NCBI RefSeq assembly: GCF_964355755.1
Contig: NC_092674.1
Coordinates: 14,570,001-14,634,000, forward strand
Source of the DNA: Antedon mediterranea
Lineage: Eukaryota; Animalia; Echinodermata
Reading direction: 5' to 3'
DNA: 64,000 bases
Shown here: piece after piece, positions 38,901-47,962 of the stretch
How positions within the stretch are numbered: the first letter of the stretch is position 1
Layout of the letters: each line of letters starts with the position of its first letter
Made by a program: the position numbers and the translations under genes
Notes under the pieces: model-generated
Seen by the model: the letters and a program-made list of their open reading frames with translations, nothing else
What the model was told of the DNA's origin: nothing
Database searches by the model: none

Positions 38901-41766
38901 TATTTCAGATTTCAGCAAGGCTATATTAAGTTCAATTGAACCACTGCCATGGTTTTGAATTGATGAACATTCTGTGCAACATCAACAATTTACATAAGTC
39001 TGACTGATTACAAAAACAAACAACATCTTATTTCCTGTTGAGGACTTGTATACAGGCTAATAGCAGATGTTATGTTATTCTTTTTTTAAGACTGGCATGA
39101 TCATAAATAATAAGTACAAGAATCAGCTTTGAAATCAACTTTAAGGAGTTCCATGATTTTCACAAAGATTTCAATGGAATACAATAATCAACTAGTCCAT
39201 CTTGTTTATCTCAATTTCAAAGATTATTATATTTATTTAAACTTGTATTGTACATGAATTCTATTGGAAGTATACAGTATCCATAAGTCAAAAATAGACT
39301 TATTATTTATAGTACAATTACACAATACTATTAACAAATATTTCTTGCATGAGTAAGCATGGAATGCATGAAGGATAGCTGAAATTATTTTGCTGAATAC
39401 TAAAAATGACACTATATATTGTATGATAGCTCCTGCCACAGTATGACACTGGCATCATTATGCCTCTACTCCTTTCCTCAGGCTCACCAGCCCCATCAAT
39501 CAATTTCTTATGTCAATCAATTGCAAATTATACAGTAACAGAACAAACTGTGCATTTATTTAGGACAGGAACAAATTTAGGTTATTCTCACAATTTCAAA
39601 GGCAGAATCTGAAGTAGTAGAGCCAAAACCTAGACAGTGTGGACAGCAATTTTCAGTCTTATGCAAAATTTATATTAATGTTGCTATTTAATTAAAACGC
39701 TATTTAGATATTAAGACTAGAGTGAATTCAAGACCAAAAATAGGCGTGGCACATTTTTAAACAGCCATAACTTAAAATAACTCTGAGAGTGCATATACCT
39801 TCGCCTACTGTACTGTAAAATTCTCCTAAAAAAATATTTATATATATTTTTGTTTGTGTCTAAATGCTATGTGTTATTAGGCTAATTTTTTCACTACAAC
39901 CATGTGTATGCGAGTTTGGTGTAATGGTTATGTTAACCGGGCCTTTCAACTATACAAACCGGCCTAAACAAATAGCATTTTGACAGGCACATTTATTGGC
40001 CAGTATACATCAACCTTTTCTCACTGAAAGTCGCTATGCTGGTTATATCCTGGCACAAAATTCTATTTCTAGTAAATCATTTTTACCTATTTATTTCCAA
40101 ATTAACTATTCTTTGGTCAATTTTTTATTTATTTTTTTGTCTGTGTCAGTGATAGATAAGCCCTCCACAAGATGTGTTTTTCATCTATCTGGGCTTGTAC
40201 CTTCTTCTTTCTAAATTTTGTTTAAATATATATTGTTCATTGAAATCAATTTTGTATATGAAAGGAGTAAATAAATGTTGCTTTGAATTGCATAAGAAAC
40301 TGCTACATTTTGAACAGTTTATAGGTCTTAGGGCTTTAACACATCGTTACAGTAATAAACTCACTTATTTTAAACTTGAAATAAGGTGTTAGCTATATTA
40401 TTTATGGACAATTTCTAGAAAATGGTCTGATGAATCTAGAAACTATATGCACAGCTGTACTAAGTATAAAAAAATCTTTCTGTCGATACCAAACACAATG
40501 TTATTTATAAGTTGTCGAAATTTGACCTTTGACCTCATTTTGATCACATGACATATGTAATTGCGATTATCTCTGTTGCTATGTATTTTGGGGTATGGGT
40601 GTAATCGAAATAAATGATCAGTATAATTCCCTTTCCAATGATACCACTCGCAATCATTTTTGTTAAATCAAAATGGCGGCCACTAGTCCTATGAATAGAT
40701 AGATATATGCCGGTAACGATGCAGGTATCTATACATATATGTGGCTTGGACAGACGATCGGGGCCATGGACGATCAAGGCCACGAACGATCGGGGCCACG
40801 AACGATCGGGGCCACGAACGATCGGGGCCACGAACGATCGGGGCCACGAACGATCGGGGCCATCATAGAGACGATCAGGCCCATTTTTTTATGTGCCTTA
40901 TCGCCCATCATAGTCTTAATTGTTGGGCCCGATAGTCTTAATCGTTGGGCACCAATAGTCTTAATCGTTGGGCCCGTTAGCCAAGTGTATCGTTTGTAAA
41001 TCCGTTCCATTATAGTTTATAATTGAGTTCTCTGCATACATACTGAAATGAAGTGAAATATTGCATACTCTTTACAGGTCTAGGCCTCAATCAAGTACTT
41101 AGTTTTATTAAATTATTTTGTATCACAAACTCTTGGTGGAAAGAACACATTTAATTTATTTATAAAAAACAAAAATAAAACAATTATAATCCAAATACTT
41201 TACTTTATAATGGGCCTGAACATCCACAAAGTGTTGGTACCCGATCGTCCTTGGGCCCCGATCGTCTGTCAATTCCTCTGGACAGTCTGCACCCACCGCT
41301 TGGGTGGGGGACTGCAACTATTTTAGGCCTAATAATATTTTAAGAGAGGTCTGCCTATCATCTAAACTCACCGTGCCTAGCCTAGCCACTAGGCCAGGAG
41401 GCCTATCTATCTATTGACTTGACTTAGCCTAGCTATAGACTAGCCTATGCCTGGCTATCTATAGATCTGCATAGCCTTAAGCCGCCTAGTTAGTAGTGGC
41501 CTAGGCTAGGCCTAGTACTTCATTCAGTGGGCCCCTCTCACTCATTGGACTGCCCTATCTCTACTACTAGGCTAGTTAGTAGGCCTAGCTAGGGAGGCCT
41601 AAATAATATACAGTATAGCCTAGGCCTAGCCTATAATAGGCCTACAAGGCTAGGCCTAGCTAGGTAGGCCTAGTATGGCCGGGTTTGTATTATTATCGGA
41701 CACACTAATGCCTAAATGTATAATATAATAATAATAATTAAAATCCCTACCAGAACCACTAGCCAT
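5767..41766 (-). CDS. GYG1: Glycogenin (glycosyltransferase family 8), ~337 aa; exons 41751..41766, 37116..37257, 35949..36123, 34927..35089, 25916..26042, 24570..24756, 5767..5970
   Basis: All introns are GT-AG with compatible phases. Motifs: [24 protein letters not shown]; [28 protein letters not shown] (DxD); [21 protein letters not shown]; [15 protein letters not shown]; YSYKPAF (autoglucosylation Tyr); [10 protein letters not shown]; C-terminal synthase-binding [21 protein letters not shown]. Confidence 0.96.
6517..7175. repeat. Dispersed unclassified repeat beginning TAGGGATAACGATGCAA; related pieces at ~12015-12240, ~16485-16660, ~37707-38185
   Basis: Shared blocks such as CCAATCAAA..GCGAGAATCCAAAA and CTCTTTTCCCAG...GTCCAGCA...CTGTCAGC recur at these positions. 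Confidence 0.7.
7646..8472 (-). mobile_element. PIF/Harbinger(PHIS)-like non-autonomous element carrying a Myb/SANT-like (trihelix) fragment, copy 1
   Basis: TIRs GGGCCTGTTTCTGCTGC / GACAGCAGAAACAGAGCC with 3-bp TSD ATT. Internal frame [37 protein letters not shown] partial end of the same family is at ~6219-6360. Confidence 0.82.
9717..10530 (+). mobile_element. Same Harbinger-like family, copy 2 (opposite orientation)
   Basis: TIRs GGCCCCATTTCTGCTGCC / GGCAGCAGAAACAGGGCC with TSD AAT. Internal [43 protein letters not shown]. Confidence 0.82.
13134..14245. mobile_element. Kolobok-like non-autonomous DNA transposon
   Basis: TIR AATGGACCTGAAATGGA(T/C)TTTCGATTT at both ends; TTAA on both flanks. 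Confidence 0.8.
14250..15767 (-). mobile_element. Same Harbinger-like group, copy 3 (diverged subfamily)
   Basis: TIRs GGGTCCGTTTCTGCTGCATAA / ATGCAGCAGAAACAGGCCT. Decayed Myb-like frame [37 protein letters not shown] at ~15240-15445. Confidence 0.75.
17712..17748 (-). ncRNA. Minimal type I hammerhead ribozyme motif, sense within glycogenin intron 6
   Basis: Minus strand reads TTC-CTGATGA-T-GATC(aaataaa)GATC-GAAA-CGTT-GAA: stem I TTC/GAA, stem II GATC/GATC, palindromic ACGT stem III, GUU triplet. Confidence 0.75.
18531..19104. repeat. Minisatellite, 40-bp unit, ~14 copies
   Basis: GCATTAGATCTTAATGATACTATTACTAGGTATGCTATTA repeated head to tail with few substitutions. Confidence 0.97.
19109..21280. 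mobile_element. Kolobok-like MITE (outer element) interrupted by a nested insertion
   Basis: TIR AGAC(AG/CC)ATTCCCT with TTAA flanks. An uninterrupted inverted copy is at 24796..25422; partial copies at ~8570-8910 and ~61860-62274. Confidence 0.82.
19177..20804. mobile_element. Kolobok-like element nested at an internal TTAA
   Basis: TIR AGGGGG..TTC(C/T)GGGTTTAAAAT with duplicated TTAA. Confidence 0.82.
22450..23847. mobile_element. hAT-like non-autonomous element with 6-bp TSD
   Basis: Ends CAGGGGTCCCAA / TTGGGACCTCTG; GAATTG directly repeated on both flanks; subterminal CTACCGC repeats. Confidence 0.7.
24570..24756 (-). CDS. GYG1: Glycogenin exon 6
   Basis: [22 protein letters not shown]...FIQSWWNVF; AG/GT borders. 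Confidence 0.93.
24796..25422. mobile_element. Kolobok-like MITE, uninterrupted copy
   Basis: TTAA|AGCCCCATTCCCT...AGGGAAGGGGTCT|TTAA; reverse-complement match to 19109-19176 plus 20809-21280. Confidence 0.82.
25430..25705 (-). mobile_element. Degenerate SINE-like repeat; related pieces at ~34660-34790 and ~42950-43130
   Basis: Shared motifs CCCCTACTCTTTTCGAA (GAGTAGGGG on + at ~43110) and TGCCTATCACATGCTA. Confidence 0.5.
25916..26042 (-). CDS. GYG1: Glycogenin exon 5
   Basis: [41 protein letters not shown]; AG/GT borders. Confidence 0.95.
26131..26306. repeat. Minisatellite, 44-bp unit x4
   Basis: TCCATAATCTATTGCATGGTGACCGTTCTATTTAGTGGTTCTAT repeated four times. Confidence 0.95.
26521..26660. 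repeat. Long inverted repeat (hairpin element)
   Basis: GTGTAATGGTACAAATAATGGCATGAGGTGAATG is followed after a short spacer by its exact reverse complement. Confidence 0.85.
27155..29371 (+). mobile_element. Helentron-associated (HINE/DINE-1-like) non-autonomous element
   Basis: 5' subterminal repeat TAGGTTATATGCAT with a local palindrome; 3' inverted copy ATGCATATAACCTA, then hairpin AATTCGTCA-tag-TGACGAATT and terminal CTAGT. Confidence 0.75.
28151..28935. mobile_element. Tc1/mariner-pogo (Tigger-like) MITE nested in the HINE
   Basis: TIR CCGTATATTTC(G/C)GTGTATAAGTCGCAC; TA on both flanks; internal GTATAAGACGCACC subrepeats. Confidence 0.88.
29425..33040. repeat. Satellite, 70-73-bp unit, ~37 copies, interrupted at 31912..32867
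   Basis: AATAGAGGTTTTACAATACTACATAGGGAAATCATTCAACAGAAT(TACA/ATTAAG)CAATTTATGAAGGTGTCCCCTT in tandem. Confidence 0.97.
31912..32867. mobile_element. Non-autonomous DNA transposon with 9-bp TSD and hairpin ends (AcademH-like)
   Basis: GGAATCATT duplicated at 31903..31911 and 32868..32876. Ends are TAGTCTGGGTTCCAGAC and GACTTGGGGCAAGTCTA. Confidence 0.75.
34089..34689. repeat. Minisatellite, 54/55-bp unit, ~11 copies
   Basis: CTTGTCTGTATTGTGTGTGTAGTGCCCTTGTT(T)AACATGCATTATATGCACACGG in tandem. Confidence 0.97.
34806..34900 (-). pseudogene. 5S rRNA-derived copy A (diverged)
   Basis: Minus strand: CGTTGAAACACTGGTTCTTGTCAGATCACCGAAGTTGAGCAAC...TGGATGGGAGACTGTTTGGGA, collinear with metazoan 5S rRNA. 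Confidence 0.85.
34927..35089 (-). CDS. GYG1: Glycogenin exon 4
   Basis: [36 protein letters not shown]...GSFD; AG/GT borders. Confidence 0.96.
35181..35283 (-). pseudogene. 5S rRNA-derived copy B
   Basis: Minus strand: CATGTTGAATCACCGGTTCTCGTCAGATCACCGAAGTTAATCAAC...CTGGGAATATCGGGTGCTGTA; 5'-truncated, box C mutated. Confidence 0.88.
35677..35807. mobile_element. Harbinger/Tourist-like MITE (131 bp)
   Basis: TIR AGC(T/G)CTGTC(C/T)ACACTATCAAA; TTA on both flanks. Confidence 0.8.
35949..36123 (-). CDS. GYG1: Glycogenin exon 3
   Basis: QQLSEIYDY...[39 protein letters not shown]; AG/GT borders. Confidence 0.96.
36965..37063 (-). pseudogene. 5S rRNA-derived copy C
   Basis: Minus strand: ACACCGGTTCTTGACAGATCACCAAAGTTAAGCAACGTTGGGCCTG...TGGATGGGAGACCATCTGGGAATATCGAGTGCTGTA. 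Confidence 0.88.
37116..37257 (-). CDS. GYG1: Glycogenin exon 2
   Basis: [46 protein letters not shown]; AG/GT borders. Confidence 0.96.
37569..38855. mobile_element. hAT-like non-autonomous element with 8-bp TSD and nested repeats
   Basis: TIR CAGTGGCGTATCCAG; GAAGCTGC duplicated at 37561..37568 and 38856..38863; G/C-run subtermini. A solo similar end is at ~18482-18529. Confidence 0.9.
40748..41277. mobile_element. DNA-transposon relic with 16-bp subterminal tandem repeats
   Basis: (CACGAACGATCGGGGC)n at ~40750-40862 and inverted GGCCCCGATCGTCTGTC at ~41255-41270. Confidence 0.65.
41751..41766 (-). CDS. GYG1: Glycogenin first coding exon (MASGS)
   Basis: ATGGCTAGTGGTTCTG|gtaggg; phase 1 matches exon 2; adjacent to a CpG-richer promoter-like segment. 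Confidence 0.75.
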
Positions 41767-41886
41767 AGCGCGTTAAAGAAATGAATTTCCTTGTGGATAT
41801 GGTATGAGATAATCAACCTCAGAGAAACCGGCGGCGCAAGTTAACGTGTTTCCCCAGCCCTGTTTTGTGCGCGATGAGGCGACAAT

Positions 41887-42668
41887 TATAAAGAGTTACG
41901 ACATTGAAGATTAGAAGCCATGTTTGTGTCAAAGAATTCGCACGCTGAGGGCGCGCGCGTCTATTTTGTATAGCGTTTTCCTGTAGTTCATGCATTATTT
42001 TTAGATTTTTTTTGTCTATGAAATAACGCTTATATTCCGTTTTTATTTTAGTAATTAATTTTATTAATGGTATTAATTTTGTAACATATATATATTGTGT
42101 CTATAATAACAAAATAATAAATGCTAGGACCGACATGCAAGTCAGGATACATCAAAGCATGAACCAATACAAATTCACCCCTCTTTTTATACAGTATATG
42201 CTCTCCGTGTGTTTTTGATACAAACTTTCCGAGACTCGTTCATCATTTCATTTGTAATCATTTGCCTTTATTATTTTAATATTGTTCATACCCTATTCAA
42301 TATATTAACAAATATATCCACGACACTTTCTTATTTTATTTAGTCATCAAAGCATGCATTATGAATTGAAAATATTACATAATTGTTATTAATAGGACGT
42401 AGTTATGGGATGTTTCGTTCCAAAATCAATCAATCGAACTTTATAATGTACTAGCGCACGTGCGCGCAATATTCTTTGCCGCAAGTACTTCTGTACGCTG
42501 TGCACATCGATATTTCACCGTAAAATGTGCAATTACATTTTTTTAAATATAAGAAAAAGTTTGAAGTATTTACTTGCTCCTATACTTTACATGAATTAAC
42601 GGAGACAAGTTTGACACAAATTGATCTGCATATCACGTGACTATAATCCAATGTCGTAACTCTTTATA
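41887..42668. mobile_element. MITE immediately upstream of the glycogenin start
   Basis: Terminal inverted repeat TATAAAGAGTTACGACATTG at both ends. Confidence 0.75.
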
Positions 42669-43463
42669 TATATGGCTCTGGCGACAACGGCGTTGCAACG
42701 CCGCCACCACTCTGGACACCACGAGAGATAAAAACAAATTGGGAAAAATTAGACAGCGCCAACTATACTTATCTGAATAATCGAGTAAAACGTCACGTCG
42801 AGTTTGCTGCTGGTTCTGGTTGCTCTTTTTTGTCGGTCGGTTTGTCAGTCGGTTTGTTGGTCGGTAAAACAGTAACTAAACTTTGTGCACGCGACTGCAG
42901 CCATGTGTATAACCATGTTTGTGTCCGGGACTTTTCTTTAAAGTTAAGTGATTAGCGAATGAGTGGTCAAGCAATTAAGACAGTGGAACCTTAATAAAAC
43001 ATCGGCAACAAAGGTTCTAGCGGTAGAGAACAAGTTTTCTCGGTAGGTCCAGAGAGTACACATCTGGATTGTGTGCACTTTAAAGAACCTAGTACATCTT
43101 TCGCGACGAGTAGGGGGTTACCCCGCTGTACTAGATTGTCAGCATACACTGTTTCAATGGTCACCCTCTATAAATAAGGTTTGAATATAAATTTAATTTT
43201 GATAATTTGAGTCAATTATTGAATTTAGGCCACAGTGATGAACATGTGTTTTCTTAGGTTTTAAAGGTCTATTTTAATTTTCAATCGCGATCGCGGTGAT
43301 TTTTTATGTGAATAAAGATGATGGTGTTTATAGTAATCCACCGGCCTAACTCTTGTACTCAAAGACGATGGTGAGTAAATTATAAAAGTTCATGAATGTA
43401 TGCGTTCATACGGCGGAAAAATAATCAGGGCGTGGCGATAGGTTAAAAACAGACAAGGCAAAT

Positions 43464-44085
43464 CCCAGCAAACACATACAATTCAGCTAACGTTATATTT
43501 TGGTTAGCGTTTGGTTAGGTTTACTACGAACGTTCGTATAACATTCAAATAACGTTCATTCACAGAATATTTTTTTCATAACATCGTTTGAACGTTCCTT
43601 CAGAATAACATTCAAAATAAGTTTGATGGTAACATTTTCCTAACGTTATAAGAACGTTCAAAATAACGTTAAAAAATGAAAGTTATTGATTGGTAACATC
43701 TACCTACTAACTTTATAAGAAAGTTCTGAAAAACATTCAAAAATGTTATTTACATAACATTTTTGATAACATTTTCCTAACGTTGTAAGAACATACAAGA
43801 TAACGTTTACCCAACGTTATCGATAACATCTACCCAACGTCATAAGAACGTTCGGATATAATTAAAAATATGTTATTTACATAACATTATTGATAACATT
43901 TTTCTAACGTTATAAGAACGTTCGGAATAACATTCAAAATATTTTATTTACACAACATTTTGCTAGTGTTAAAAGAATTTTCAATTTTTTTAATTTACAT
44001 AACATTTTTTGAAAACGTTTTAACGTAGATAGAATGTTCATAATTATACATTCCAATACAAACGTTCAGGATAACGTTCAATGCA
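43464..44085 (+). mobile_element. EnSpm/CMC-like element end with AACGTT/AACATT subterminal repeats
   Basis: Terminus CCCAGCAAACAC followed by a dense array of TAACGTT/AACATT motifs. Confidence 0.6.
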
Positions 44086-44109
44086 TGACTTTACAGAAAC
44101 GCAAAAATC

Positions 44110-45100
44110 TGTATTGCCTTTAGACCGATACAATCACAGATGCAGAATTACCAATGTTTTCTCCTTCATTATGTTCTTTCACAAACAAACATGGAAGCAT
44201 AGTATGACTCTATTGCACGGACCATGTTATCAGTTGTAGGCCTACGTTGGAAGAGCTGCTGAAGTACATGTCTGTTTTGATAAGTACGGTATGTAAAGAA
44301 CTCAATAAAAGACAGCGAAAGAAGGGGTTCAGCTGACTCTACATACGTAATAACTGGTCCGGAGCATACAATTAGACAGAGTGGGCAGAAGCTTCTGACT
44401 AATGGAGTATTTTAAAATGAATTTTCTCCTTAAAGAGTGGAAGATAGATCATTACTGTAATATTGTTGGTGGTAAGAACCTGGTTGCTTCATATGGTGGA
44501 GAATGCTTCAATTCCAATATGTTTCCGATCAGCAACAAAGGATGGTAGTTATGGTTGGAACTCTTGAAAGTGATTAAATCTGGACTTTCAATAGCACTAG
44601 CAAGATATCATGCATTCACAGGATGTGGCTTTACCTCAGCATTTTTTTTTAAATAGACCATATTCAAATTTAATAATTTATTAATTGTACAGTACTTGAT
44701 GTTTTTGTTTTCAGAAAAGGCAAAACTAAACCTATAGAACTTCTAGAAAACGATGAAATTAAGACACTATGTCAATATGTTTATTGACATAGGAAAGGTT
44801 GATAGTTTACACTATAGAAATCTAGGACAATCCACTAGCAAATATCAAAAGGGCACACTATGTAACAACAATATAGACTCGAAGCCACCGATGTATATCC
44901 TGACCATGGTTTGTCACCATCTGCATTTGGATGGTGTTTAGGAAAAACTACTTGAGTCAATGTGGTGTGAAGGGTCATCAATTCCCGAAACAGTGTTTTC
45001 AAATTATGACACACGTGATGAGGTGGAAAATTACAGTGAAACGGAAGAAACAGAGATCGAAGAATCGAGTGATTCTGATGGCGATGCATGGGATGGGGTG
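44110..45100 (+). pseudogene. Decayed Academ-like transposase, C-terminal (XPG-like) part
   Basis: Fragments YHAFTGCGFTSAF and (after an intron-like gap) KGKTKPIELLE, then PDHG and an acidic tail; many stops and frameshifts. Confidence 0.6.
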
Positions 45101-45579
45101 AAGACTCTGATTGAGAGAGGAATATGTGGATTTATTTAAAATAACTTGTGCAGAAAAGTCATAATCTATCAATTAACACCTTAAACTGGTTTTTTCCTAG
45201 TAACTAGTGAAAACTGCTGTAGATAGAATAGGTACTATTATAAAGTTCTCATTGTTATTCATGCTATTTTTAGTGCACTATACTAGGGATTTTTTAAAAG
45301 GTTAGCTTTTCCGCTGATCTAGCTAATTTTTTAGAGTGGGGGTGTTTGACGGGGTCTGGCAGGCACAATCCACCATTAAAAATGTCTGGCAATGGTCAAT
45401 CATGATAGTTATGAGTTTATTGAACGTTTTTCAACCTTAAATATTTAAATAGAAATCTGAAAATGTCACGGCCATTGCATATCCACCCATTATTATAGAA
45501 GCACCACCATCTCATATGAGCGCTTTATACACAATGCTCTAATACTCAGACGCGACGAGGTAAGGCGTTTTCATAAATT

Positions 45580-46230
45580 TTTTTGATCAGCAGCTCTTCG
45601 CTATTGCACAAATGGTACGATTAAGTACATGCCCTAACCTTGCAATTCGTCTAAGGGAGGATTTCACACAATGGCAACTTTTATTGCATGTATTGGAAAC
45701 ATCTGGGGAGATGCAGGCCTAAATATATGTTGGTGGCCGGATTCTGTGTACGATCCAGCAAATGTGGAGATAATGTTTTCAGGAAAGTAGTTCTATCGAT
45801 CAGTCAGGCACTGATGATTAATGAAGCACTTATCCATCATCTTATTCAAAATGTTTGTATATCGTTAGACGAAAGAAACCAACTTGAAGATCTAGACAAG
45901 TGTATAACAGAGTTATGCTTTGTACAAAAAATAATAATAGCACAGACATATCGAATGAAAATGTAATTGATCTCGCTGCAATGAAAGAGAAGTTGATACC
46001 TCTCTTGGAAGAATTTATTACATGTGGACGGCAAGCTTCTTTGATATTTGCTTTCTTTGAGTATTTTATTAACGTAATTTTGTTGCAGCCAAACACTACA
46101 AGGTTTCTCTATCTCTATCGTCGTTCTACTTCTCATATCTGAGTACTCGTGACCATTCTGATGAAATCTCTCCATATATGCCGATCTTGTGATTTATTGC
46201 TTAATAGAGTTTTGGTGCATCACATATTCC
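45580..46230 (+). pseudogene. Decayed Academ-like transposase core
   Basis: DQQLFAIAQMVR...PNLAIRL-GGFHTMATFIACIGNIWGDAGL...SGK*FYRSVR, matching the DQxLY...LGGxH...IG pattern. Confidence 0.62.
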
Positions 46231-47962
46231 CTCTATCCATCTTATTTTAGAGGGGTCTGCCAGGGCCAAGACAGTGTACAGATAGTCGGTAATACTTTTA
46301 GGTCATTTGGTATTTGCTTACAATGTGCTAAATCATATAACATTGGCTGCTGGTGTTATCTACAATATCTAAGGTAGGCTATACTTGGGGGGGGGGGGGG
46401 TAAATGGGGTCTCTAGTCTAACTTTAGAGGGGTCTGCCAGGGCCAAGGCAGTGTACAGATAGTCTGTAATAGGTCATTTGGTATTGCTTACAATGTGCTA
46501 AATCATATAACATTGGTCACTGGTGGTATCTACAATATCTAAGCTGGGCTATGTAGTTGGGGGAAGGGGGTCTATAGGGTGTCTGGCACTTGCGGTGCAG
46601 CAGACAATTAGTCTGTTGTTATCCATTTAGTGTTGTATGAACACAACTTGTTCATTTGGCATTAATTTTGAGTGGTACCTCACTCATCTATGCTATCCCC
46701 ATTTTAGGCCCTTCCTCGGGGGGTCTGGCGGGCCTATTGCAGCAGACAAAAAGTCTGTCGTTTGTGATACTGGTATAAGGATGCCAATGGGCATCCCATG
46801 GTGGTAAAATTAGGTGGTATCACTCTCATCTAACCTGGGCCGATTGTTTAGCACTTTTCGGGGTCCCCTGGGTCTAGACGCTGCAGGGGGTACCCGGCAG
46901 ACTCCCATTTTCATTGACATCAAGTGACCCCCAACACACTTAAATAGTCAGATATTGGTACCTAGCTCATCTAACCAAATGTCTCTGGGCTGCAGGTGGT
47001 CTAGACGTTAAGTCGTTGGTCCAGCATGTAACATGGCCCATGTGCACGTAGAAGAACGCATTAAACTTGTCAAAAAGGGTGGGGGATTGTATCTCGGTTT
47101 ACTGCCCAATTTACCACTAGAAGCAAGTCTAAGAACGTTAGCGGGTTTAAGTGTGTCGTTCGGTGGCTAAAGTCGATCTAAGGGAAGATGGATGAGGATA
47201 AAAAACAAATATTTTTTTTTATTATTATAACATCTCCGTCGTCATCATCACCACCATCATAATCATCTTCAACATGGTCAAATGATCTTCTTTACATTGT
47301 TTGGATGATAGTATCAGTAATTTTTGTTTCGTGTTTTTTATTGTTCAGTCAATGTGGCTATATGGATTTATATTGCTACCTTCAATATTATTATCTTATG
47401 ATTATTCATCAGAAAATAACGTAAAATCCATACACACGAATTTTTTCAGTAACCAAATTAGAAATCAAAATACTTATCTCATAAGATACACGAACAGATA
47501 AAAAATCAATTTGAAATCTTTTTTCCATTTAAATTATCTTAAATTAAATAAGTCCTTTTATTTTTTAATAAATGACAATAGCAATTACAAAATAGAAATA
47601 AGCAAGAAATATGTAGACTTATTTACGCTACTATCTACTCAAAATCTGGAATCGGCTTCCATTTCACATCTGTCAGTCGAAGTCCTTAACTCTCAAAACT
47701 CACTTCTTCAAATATAATATTATTATTATTATAGCGCTATGAGACAGCAGTTTAAAACGCTTTATAATGCTCACAGTATTAATATCATTATTTGGGTGTA
47801 ATTTAATATTTAACTAAATAAAATATACTGTAAAAATAAATGCATGCATAAATTATGCACCACATCGTGTCTGAAAAAGTAAATATTGCACTATAATTTT
47901 TCTGAAATTAATACTATTAATTAACCATCTACTTTTCATCATCAATATATTAGAGAATTAAT

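Noticed and set aside
38686-38939. Poly-Pro / poly-Gly ORFs
   Set aside because: Produced by the C-run in the subterminal region of the hAT-like element.
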